From Iphione sp. A-MEVVRFRX5 (lineage: Eukaryota), in assembly GCA_976226885.1 (NCBI GenBank), contig OZ320314.1:94674001-94738000 (forward strand): 64,000 bases of DNA. The letters run 5' to 3'. How positions within the stretch are numbered: position 1 is the stretch's first letter; every line of letters begins with the position of its first letter. A program made the translations under genes and the position numbers. Below, one piece after another: positions 53,394-64,000 of the stretch. Below the pieces are notes generated by a model. That model saw only the letters and a list, made by a program, of their open reading frames with translations. It did not search any database and was not told where the DNA came from.

Positions 53394-54033
53394 CAGTGAG
53401 ACCTCTCTAATCAGGACACCCTGGGTTCTTCCTCAATTTGTCCACATTGTAGAGGTGTCCTGATTGGAGAAGCAGTCAGTAGTATAGGAAATGAAATAAC
53501 AACAGACTTTAATATACAGATACGTGTCTTTATTATTCAAAACACAGCTAAATAATGGAAAATAATGGAATATCACAATAAATGAGAACAAATACATACA
53601 AGTGAAATAATTTAAATACAAATGCAATTATTTCTTGTACCTCAAAATTCATAAGGTTCAAAAAAGTGCTGATTTCAAGGTGTGAGAGACATTAGAGAGG
53701 TTGCTGTTGACACCCTCGGCGGGTATAGACCACTAATTGGCAGGTTTAGACCACAAATTAGGGGGGTTTAAACTGTGAATAGGTGGGTTTAGACTGATTT
53801 CAAGGTGTGAATTCACATTTTAAGGTGCAAATTCACACAAAAACATGTACACAGGCTTTAAGATCTTCCTTTTGAGGGTGTCCACAGGGAGAAGCTCTTC
53901 TAAAATGGGTGTCCTGATTAGGGAGGTCCTCTTACAATGCTTAACTATAGGAAACATTTTGGTTCTTCTCCAAATTGTCCACATTTGGGAGGTGTCCTTA
54001 TTCCAGAGGTGTCCACAAGGGGAGGTCCTACTG
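53394..54033. mobile_element. MITE / non-autonomous DNA transposon, second family with related CAGT...ACTG ends
   Basis: Left end TA|CAGTGAGACCTC; right end GAGGTCCTACTG|TA (reverse complement CAGTAGGACCTC, 10/12 match). Internal ~42-bp direct repeat GGTTCTT...TTGTCCACATT...GAGGTGTCCT(G/T)ATT at 53424 and 53961. AT-rich core. Confidence 0.8.
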
Positions 54034-56518
54034 TATATCGAAATTAAGAGCAACATATCCGAAGGTATACCTTCAACCCATGTCGTTGAGACCAGTTGGA
54101 GGGTCAGCCCCTCTATTAATCGAAGGAGGGACTCTCGCCTCTGTAACGGGCTAGTGGACAGAGAACCACAATAGGCATCCATTAGAGGATCCTTGAGGGA
54201 CAAATGAGCTAAGTTGAATAAGATTAAGTCTCTTTTAACTCTGGACTAAAACCATTAGCCGACACCACCGTTTTGTACAGGAGGAAAGATAGAATTGAAA
54301 GGTAAGAGGCAACTCGGAAATGTCACTTACAGAACAGTGAGTGCTAGTTGACCGTCTGTACTTTTTGTCTGTACACTAAGTTTCAAGTGTTGTGGAAGAA
54401 ACCTTTCTTTGTCAATTTTCATCTCCCGTCCAGTGATGTGGACGTTGAGAGACTTAAGTACAGTGGGTCATAAGTCGAGTATGTAAGTGTGCACGTGTGT
54501 GGAGATGTACCGCAAATACTGTATTTGGGACACACCGGCGTTAGCTTAGTGAATATTGTTTGTTTAATTGAACGAATCGCCAGGACAATTAGACTGGCGG
54601 ATTGTCTTGAGACCCCTGATTCCCCGTGATCAGATAGTGTTGTAACTAATTGGGTACACAGTCTACGTCGGCCATCGAATTTGTAGTATGCGAGTCTAAT
54701 TGTGTTTGGTTTAATTACCAATCAGAAACAAGGAACACGGATGGGGGAAGTGACAGGAATTGAAAAGTGAACAACTGCATGTACAAGGATGCACCTGTGA
54801 TTGTAAATTGCATCGTCGAAGTAATGAGATTGGCGTTCCTGGAACCGAACAGACACCAGAAAAGGTTGGAAAACCGTCTGGCAATCCGCGCGTCATTAAG
54901 ATGTCAAGTTGCATGCGGGGTAAGACAATGCTGTCTTTGCATAATTTTGTACTTTGGTGTCTTATTGCTATGCATTTTTCTCTCCGTACATATATATTTG
55001 TCATCTAAACATACGTATGTAGATCATGCACATACACGAACAAACATTATTTACAGAGAGTGAGAAACAGAGAGAAACAGGAAGAAATTTAAGTAGTACA
55101 GTGAACAAAACGTTAAATAGTGCATAGAAATGTGGTTATGTACTTCCTCAGTCCAATTTAGTGAACATTATCTCTTGCGGTCTTCGAGTGTTTTTGCATT
55201 GCGTGCATCAATTTATTTGCGTGAGAGATTATACTCCGTGAAAGTGCACGTACCTTTGTATCAATCCGTGAAGGAATACCAGAAGTAGCGCAATGCTCTG
55301 CGTGTGCTGCCAGCCCACATAACACTATAGAGAGGATGAGACTGTTTGTCATTCCTCACCTTTGAACCCACCCTTGGTCTGCATGACAGCAATGTCCAGT
55401 TTGCCTAGCAATCAGACGTACACACTGAGTCCATTGACTAATAGGCTTGACAAGGGACACGCTTCTACTGTCAATGGCCGTGACAGGGTGACCGGCTCCT
55501 TTTCGGGAGTAGGCAACTGATGACAGGCTTCACTGTCACATCCAGACCGGCGCCAATTAATCCATCAGTTCCACGTATCTGCATGCCCTTCTTGCCCCTG
55601 GAGCTGCAGCATTATCCCTCTTCACTGGTCACTCCGAGTCGCTCGGACAGGTGGGCCCTCTCCCTATTCTTTCAGGTGGTGTGTGTCCACCTCGGTTCAC
55701 CTGCTGGACAGCTCAAGGTTGAAAGGGCGCCCTAACGCATTGACAACCATTCCCCAACCCCCCTACCCTCGTTCACACTCTCTCTTCGGTTTTGCCTATC
55801 TAGGCACTGATTTCGTTGCTAAGGTTACATGCGTCACCGCACGGGGTTCACATCGACCCGCCCCCATCAGTGCTCCAGCAGGAGTTATCCGCACATCTCT
55901 GACATCAACATGTCAGGGTTCATGCTCCCAGAGACAGGTGCGATCGCATGAAAAGTTGAAAACACGATTCAGTCATGGAGGCACCAGCGCCATGGACATA
56001 GTAGGGGCGCCGAATTTTACATTCAAAAAAAGACGTTTTCGCCTATAGGGTTGAACAGAATTCGGTCAATGTTAGTGCAGGAATAATCAGAACGAACCTG
56101 TAAATAAATGTGTTCACAGGCCTCAACGTTGGGGTGTACAAATGTTTCCATTTTGTTTTAGATATAAACCTCCAGCGGGTGTACGTGTATAATTTACATT
56201 ATGTTCTCTGTGTGTCATCTTGACTACTTAACACAAAAACATTGGCTAGAGCGAGGTAGGGAACCAAGTTCAAATGTAACAGCACGAAGGAAGCTTACAT
56301 CTGATACTAGCCTGGCAGTTGAACATTAACACAAGCAGCCTTAATTAGCTTCAAATGATTATATCTCACAACAGTCAAGTACAAGCACATAGTATATGAT
56401 ATGCATTTACACATACTTCGCTTTGAATGTGCATATACAGATAAATAATTATCCACAACAGGACCACTCAACTAGGAGGAGAATCCGAGGGAAAGGGGAG
56501 GTACTCTTGGACTGCTTT

Positions 56519-56770
56519 GCATGTGTACATATGCTTGTTCTATCCACATGACTACTATGGTAAAAATGGTAAGGGAGGGTTTCCATGCATGCATGTCTCT
56601 GTGGCTATCCATGTGTATTACATTGCATATTTTGGGGGAACTATGGTTAACATGATGAGTATACCCATGCACGTTGATCCATGCATGGCAGTGCATAGCT
56701 CTGCATGGCCATGTTTCAAAAGTGGGAACTGTCCCATTTTCCATCCTACATGGTCTCTGTCGGTCCATGT
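56519..56770. repeat. Degenerate CATG-rich low-complexity tract
   Basis: More than a dozen CATG words (CCATG/GCATG/ACATG) in about 250 bp; no clean period could be read by eye. Confidence 0.6.
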
Positions 56771-59700
56771 TTGTGGCACGTATTTTTTTTAACATTCATT
56801 ATTATAGGCATGTCTTCTCTGGCGCCAGGTACGCCATCGCCCTTCATACAACTATTAACGCTATCGTTTGGTAAATTTAGATTTGATATCTGTCTTCCAT
56901 TCGCTCCAGATTATTCAGATGCATTCTATAGGCGTACGTATATGTCTGGATCAGTATAGATGTAGGAGTGCACGGATTACTGCTACATCATCTTCTGAGC
57001 TCTTAAACGTGTCCCGGGCGTGTACATGTTTTTCGCTTCCGCAAATCCACTGACACAATTGCTCGAAAGGTTAACGTTGTCTAGACGAAACTCTCATTTA
57101 TCACTTGGCTTTACGCTCGACCCTCCCGCTTCTACCTGTACAATGTTAGAATCGGCTAGATGTGCGACGGCTATAGAACCGTGCGCTATAGTGAGAGCCC
57201 TGTCACACCCAGCCCTTACAGTAAGGATCAGTGGGATTAGGACCAGACCCAAATTATATGTTAACAGGGATTTAGCAGACTATAAAACAATCCATAGGGT
57301 TGATTACTGGTCCCTGCAAAGAAGGGACACTGGACATCAAAGACACATGGAGTGGAGTCATTAAAGGAGTTGTGTTTTAGGTAGCATGTAGTTTTGGCTC
57401 CATCGACGCTGAGGGTTCTTAAAACCCAACTACCGTTCAGCTTATACCGTGCGGAGTCGTTTGTGGTAGTAGGTATTAGCTTGCGGCTAAAATAACCTAA
57501 TTTGTATTCTATTAGTAGCATGAAGTCCGCTACCTTCGCACGCTACTTCTCAATCCTAACGAAAAGCATCGTAACAATGAATCCTGCGACCACCTTTTTA
57601 TCCTTTGTCACCCCTGACCAATTATGATTATTTTTCTTACTTTGCCAGCTTGAAGTCACGACAGCTTGACCACAGAACCCACTTTGCATCTTTGATGTTG
57701 GAAGCGACATGGCCTCATGTACGTGCACATGCTACAGGTGGAGAATGCAATGTGATGTAACAGAACAAAAGCACTTAACCAAACATATGGTCTTAAAAGC
57801 ATCCGGCAGCTGTTCATGTAATGCATTCTGTGTCGCTTCTTCTAACAAGAACGTAGCAGTCGGAATTAGTTACAAAGAACAACACAATGTCCTTTCTAAC
57901 CTTACGTCGGGTTGACTTATTTTTAACACACTCTATATGCACTGTTTAGTATTCTGCAAGTATTTCTTGGAAATTATAGAAATCAACTTACCCAGTGAAC
58001 ATTCATTGAATGATCGCAGTACAGAGCACCGGCAGACCTGCAAGCCGAAGTGTGGATGTGTAATGACTGTGACAGTTGCTACTGGTTCCGTGTCTATAAC
58101 TAGTATTCCTTGATCGTCGTCACAAATGTTGCATAACGTTTAAAATATCGGAACCGACCGAATCGTTAAGTGAAACACTTTAACGCTAAAAGCGATCTAA
58201 GGTCGGCCGGTAAAGATTTTGTGCAAATACGTTCACGTCATTGCCATCAAGACAAAACCTTGTTATGGGCGAAGAGGCAACGTATCTCAAGCAGGTAGAA
58301 TCCCCAATCCCTATCGTCTGTCTAAGAAAACAGAGGATGTTATCACTTAGTATCCCCGATTTCTCCGAGACTCTCACACAAGGACCCTTCGTAACATTTC
58401 ACCATTGACAGAGACCCCAACGGTGGAAAGCTAAGCTGCTATGTAACAGTCACCAGATTAGAAAATAGACCGGACTCTCCACATCTTTAGTATTAGCAAG
58501 GGCAGGGCTCGAGACTTCTTCAATGCTTTTGGAAATGTGCTTCTGAACCTTTAGTAGACATCTCAGTCTCCTGAAAGGCCAGCTGGCCCAAGGGAGATGT
58601 CTGACATGCCGGGTTGACCCTCCTCTCTAACTAGGCAGCACAGTAGCCAACTTTTGTCCCCTTGGGACGTTCGTAGCCTGTGCCTTTAGGGCGGTGGGTC
58701 CCTCAGCTCCCTCTCTGCTCCCCCTAGATCCGTTCAAGCCGCTGTCTGGCCCGGCTAGACTCGCAATAAGTCGTACTTCTCTATAGCTACTATTTGTGGC
58801 CCTTCTCCCAGCGGGATGCCTCGGCCTTATGATTAAAAACTCCCCACTGCCAAAGCATCAAAGAAATCACTTAAGTAGTCCGGGGAGGGACGTAGAGAAG
58901 CGCAAGTGACACTGGCTACTGTTCTGCAGTCATCACTGTGGCCAGTGCTAGGATACATTTGTATCCTACTTATAAGGTTATCATCCGACAGACGTAAAGA
59001 CCTAGCTTCGTTTTGATGGTAATAGCAAACAGAATTTAAACCAACCGTCTCTCTTCTAATACATTCTTTTGTCTCAGAGGTGTGTTCTATAAACGTGGGT
59101 GCTGATATGTTTCTGATGGCTATTTAACGAGAATCTCACCACTGCTCCTGTAACTCCAACCAAGCTATCATGACTTGATATCTGTTAGTCTAATATAGAG
59201 CCACCGATCTTGCCGGCGAGTTCCCTTCCCTCTACTATAACCGTCCTTCTATTTACGACCCCCGGTAGCCGACCTGTCCTCCCACAAGTGATATCTTTCT
59301 GCATCTAAACTATCACAAATCGGAATCTTTGCCTCGCGGATTCGGTGCGGATTGCCCCGTATAGCAAACGACCACACCCCTCCTCTTGTAGAGTATATAG
59401 AGTCGCAGCCTTCAGGGGTGAGTTAGCACACCTTCCTGGCGAAGAATGACGTTAGATAATGACAGAGTCTGCAGATAATGATCCTCTGATGAGTCAGCTA
59501 GCTTTGCCTATCTGCACCTCGATCAGGGCCGGCGTTGCAACCCAATAATCATGTATACGACCGACGGCTACCTGACCTGTCTGTCAGACTTTCACTGTCT
59601 CCAATTCGTTGCTTTTACAACATCTAAACCCCAATCTGCTGCTGACATGTCCTATCCTCATCCCTTTCTTGTGTAGGACGATATACCTACGACTCAACTG

Positions 59701-61237
59701 ACAGTATTTTGTGTCTTGACGTCCGGATGTGACGTACCGGATGCAGACCCACGAATTGAGATTCTACTTGGAGATGTCCGACCTCAAAGACCGTTGATTT
59801 ACCGATCTAAGAGAAAAAAACCACAACCTTGGGTGCGTTTCTTTTGTTTACCTATTCTATCCACTCGAAACAACCGCAACCACAGCGCTTTGACAGCTAG
59901 ATTTCTTTGACGGTGATCCTAACTGCTTAAAATTCCATTCCTCTTTCTCATGACCACTGTTGCTGAGCAGAGTCTGAATGTGTGATCAAATGTCGAGAAG
60001 CAGAGACGATATCGTGGTAGCTCTACGTCAAACGTACACAATGGGGCGACCAGAGCTCTCTACAACTTTAAAGGTACATGTACTATGATAATATGAACAA
60101 CAAGACCTTCTTCGCAGATAAGCCTGGGGGCAGCTTTTCAACATACCTTCATTACTGAGGTTGTACAGTTGGAGATTAATACCTCCCGAAGGTCTTTGGT
60201 ACCACAATGCTATCTCCCTTGATTTTCGTTCCTGACGAAACCAAGTTGAAAGGTATAATTTAGCTGGCAGACCTGACTCACTGGTCTTTAGGATCCCGAC
60301 CTATGATTGTGGGTTTCAAGCATTTGACTTGGAATTGCATAAGACAAGATTGAGTAAGTTTAACACAGGTATACAACATATTACATAGAAACGACACCGG
60401 CACCCGGGTCTCTTGGGTAAAAGTCACGGTTACAGTATTTAAGATCGTTGTCAAATGAATCTATGGTGGTGAATACAACTATCTCTGTGTTTTAGCATAA
60501 TGCTAGATAAGGTTCCTGTACTAAGTTCTCATTTGCAATACAACATCTTTCATGATACAGACGATTACAAACTGCGGCTTTGAAGATGTGACGATGACCT
60601 TCATACAAGTTTGCTTCAAATGGTTGAGCAACCGGCAATATTTCAGAGTGACATTGTTTCGCATAGCAAATCATAATACTAATAAGCTGGTATGATCATG
60701 ACAAGCCAACAACCCCCAAAAGATCAATTATAACCCCCCAAAAAAACAATACCTCCAAATGTAGAACGCAATTTTCTGTCAAAATATCTACATAATAGAA
60801 ACATTACAAACATCAAAGCATACACACGGTTTATCAGCGACATACTTGTTTGTCAAAAGTAAAAACAAATGTCAAGTACTTACCGTGTATGTTATGATGA
60901 TCAAAAACAAAACGTGTAGTTGAGTCACGAATTTCAGTCCAATGTGTCATGAAGCACACCCAATATTACAGTATACATGTAGTCCACAGATCGACGGGAG
61001 TGCCAAGTCGCGATCTTTTCGGCGTAGAGAAGTATCTCCGTGACAGAAATTACATGTATCGGTAAGTGTCCAACATCACACTAGTTAAAGCAGTCCATTC
61101 AAGTCCAGATGAAGATCGCATTCTTATCACAGCCTGTCCACCGGAGCAAGACCTATGTGAGCTCGATGTAGCGACTGGATCCTGTCACTACTGCCATCGT
61201 GTGGGTGGGGGTGATTACACAAAGAGATGATATAGTC

Positions 61238-61477
61238 CGTAGGAGGAGGAGGAGCAGTCGTCAGAAGCCTGAAGGACGTCTGGGTTGGCTTGAGAAGGCC
61301 ACAGGGCGGTGAGTCTTTACCGGATGTCAACGACGGGACGACCTCCTTCCGACTACCGTATGGTCGGGGCTTCCGAGCGCCGGGCGGCGGGTCCGGTCGT
61401 GCTAAAGATATTGGCCGATCACGCCCACCTCCGCTACTACCGACACCTGTGTACGTCGCTCCACCACTTGGGATGAC
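61238..61477. other. Exon-like unit readable only as the un-reversed complement (mirror block)
   Basis: Complement read left to right: GTGTTTCTCTACTATATCAG|240 nt, stop-free in a phase1-phase1 frame|GTGACA (weak donor). Product not recognised. Confidence 0.3.
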
Positions 61478-62500
61478 CACTGTCCGGCCGGCCTGACCCC
61501 CTTCATGGGGCCCCCCAATAACAAAAGAGTCAGCAGCCGTCAGTACTTGACTCCCAACGTTTGATGCCGCACGCCACCCACACCCGTGGCTTATAGCAAC
61601 AGCAACAGCAGCAGTAGACTCCTAACCCACCTCAACCAGACACACCACTGCCCCAAATTCCCGACTACCACAAAACGCAGTATGCTAATGAGGGCGCGGT
61701 GGCCGCAGCATCGCTACTTTGATGTGCCACGCTAATTACAGGTGTGTCCAGGTAGGCCGAGCTGGCTTAATGCGAAGTTAATGAGGTGGATCGTCACGGA
61801 CGCAGCCCAGATGACGCGCTGGGTGGACGAAATGGACGGGAGCTGTCCAATTCCTCCTCACTTATCCCTCTACGCTTATATTTCCTGTCACTCTTTCCTC
61901 GCCCCCACCTTGGGACACTTTTACCAGTATATCAATTTTCATCCGGATCAGAGGCTGTGTGCCGCTAAAGGGCACTTTCCCATGTTTCGCGAGTACTATA
62001 CCAATCTCCGCCTACCCTGCAAATTTCTCCCACTTTGTTCCATTTTTGGCGTACAATCCACTCATTCTATAGGAAGCCCTTGCTTTACAGCGAATACAAC
62101 GGAGAATACTTTTATCCTGCGTTATAATTTAAAGGTGGGCCTCTCCTTACTTGGTAGCACGTGAATTTATTTTAGCTCGTTTACTTCATCACACATCCGT
62201 CCGCTATATCACTCATCAGTGGGAATTCCCAAGATGTACATAAGTGTACATAGTCTATGTTTAAAAAGCTTATTTATGTATCCCCGTTCAGCCCTGAAAT
62301 AAGTACAGTATTCCTCTTAATAACCACGGGATATTTTTATTATCTCTCCTAATCCACAACAATTCCTAATTTAAGCCCACTTTCATTGTGTCCATTTTTT
62401 TCTGTATATGAGGGAGTCGGGAGAATTTGGCCGATTCTCTGGGCTTCTCTGGACAGAAAGTCTGCTTTTGCGTCAGGACAGGTGGGAGACAAGCAGGGGA

Positions 62501-62738
62501 CTCACTTGGATGAAGAACTTGACACCATTTGCTTAAAACAATCCAAAAAATCTACAAACTAAATAAGACAAAGAATTTGCTAAATTATAATGACCTGTTA
62601 CTACTTTATAAATCGTTTATTTTACTCCATGTTGACTATTCAACTGTGTTGTTATCGTGTAACTCTCAAAGAAACGTATTAAGACTTCAAACAATACAAA
62701 GCAGAGCTATAGTTTTTATTAACATAACTATGGAATAG
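62501..62738 (+). mobile_element. Degenerate non-LTR retrotransposon (LINE, CR1/L2/Jockey-like) ORF2 C-terminal fragment
   Basis: CTC ACT TGG (LTW) followed, after frameshifts, by ...LLLLYKSFILLHVDYSTVLLS...LRLQTIQSRAI. This resembles the LYKS(L)I(L)P(H)LDY...LQ(R)(L)QNRA motif downstream of the RT core in CR1/L2-type LINEs. Recognised by eye; no alignment was run. Confidence 0.7.
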
Positions 62739-64000
62739 TAAAAATAAAATACTAATTATTCAGGGAGGTAGGTAAAACTACTAGGTTTATTGTCTATCAA
62801 AAAGCTGAGTACAGTAACAAGACATTCGGCCGGGAGGTCCTTGTCTTTACCAAAATGGACAGGTTAAGAATCAGTCTACTATACTGAAAACAAAATTTGG
62901 AATAGCAGTGATCCTATCTATAGGGACAACGAAGGCATAATTGACTTCAGAATCTCTGCCATGTTTTTCTCGTTGAACTTGAGTAATTATTAACTGTGGT
63001 TTGTTCTATGAACGTGCACATATGTATGTCTTATAATTTTCAGTTTCAAATCGATTATTTTGTTTATATTAAGTCAACAAGTATTTAGTTGCATATACAT
63101 GTATCAAAATCAAAGGTGAAACATACGCTGTGTAAAACACCCTCTCGTGGCGACTAGTTTGGAAATAAGACAATTTCTAAATTTCTATTTTAATGTTAGT
63201 TGATATATATTGCGAAGTACGGATCTCATTTATAGATGTACAATGTGAGATTGGGCATGCAAGGTGTTTGTACATTATGCATGTATTTGTAAATAGCTTC
63301 CCGTGAATCTGACCCTGGCCGGAACTGGACCTAAGGATGCATACATTCCTTTGAACTAATGGTGCAATCAAAAAGGAGGCTTCATTAGCGTTTCGGCATG
63401 AAAAACATGCTGGAACTAGGCAGAGAATGCTATTTCTCAACACACAGGTCACGGCATCTTGCAGACGGGCGAATCACAACCGTGGGGCAAACAGCGCAGC
63501 AGGAACAGACACAACTAATGGGCCTCTGGTCAGTCGCAGCGGTGAAAAGTTGCGGCCATTAGGTTTTGAAACAATGGTGATGCTGGCGTTTTGGACGCTG
63601 CTAACCACAGGTCGCAGCCACCGTTACCTGGTCAAGTTTAGCGGGGCATCAGCGGCAGACGCCCCCTGCTGGTATGTTTGGCGATGATCAGGGGCTACCT
63701 ATGTTCCCAGTACAAGCGGCCCAAGTAGAACCCCCGCCGGGTACCTCTCAAACCACAGCGGTGTGTTTGGAACATTGTTTTTGAGATTAAAGAGGAAGAT
63801 TGTCGGCTTCATTAGTCTTCAAGCTCGCGTTAGACCACTCCAAGACCAGCCGATTAGTCTCTGCATTCACGCACGTTTCTTTCAGCGGGCGACTTCTTCA
63901 AAGGAAAGTTTAGAAGCTACCAAAGAGAATCCATGACTCCATGTGTTGGAAGAGTGTTCTCCAACTTACAAGAACAAAGAAACCATCAAGTTAGTCTCCT

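Noticed and set aside
53820-54203. Overlapping ORFs 53820-54203 and 53845-54174 as a transposase
   Set aside because: They overlap the MITE's subterminal repeats and have no DDE or HTH motif.
1-64000. A single multi-exon gene built from the mirror exons at 9.9, 12.7, 41.3 and 61.2 kb
   Set aside because: The intron phases do not chain consistently and none of the peptides is recognisable, so no gene model is claimed.

Overview
Eukaryotic, mostly non-coding-looking DNA. The organism is probably amphioxus (Branchiostoma); this is inferred from frequent TACATGTA words (e.g. 20521, 21125, 35931, 46021, 60974), many poly-G/C runs and the style of the repeats, not from a search. I recognise no protein-coding gene, rRNA, functional tRNA, known miRNA or CRISPR array, and the supplied ORFs look like chance ORFs except one LINE relic. 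Supported features are two TA-flanked MITE-type elements (27308-27854, 53394-54033), a tRNA-derived SINE head (30690-30779, minus), a degenerate non-LTR reverse-transcriptase fragment (62501-62738), a 30-bp minisatellite with 60-bp higher-order structure, simple repeats and several CTCF/YY1-like motifs. The main unexplained signal is that the window seems to be a mosaic of blocks (tens to hundreds of bp). Some read as normal animal DNA; others look normal only when read as the un-reversed complement (equivalently back-to-front). In that mirror reading, splice-site-flanked, stop-free exon-like units and TF motifs appear. A true inversion gives a reverse complement, not a mirror, so the most parsimonious explanation is a computational manipulation or artefact; this should be tested before any biological claim. 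All counts were made by hand on short stretches.
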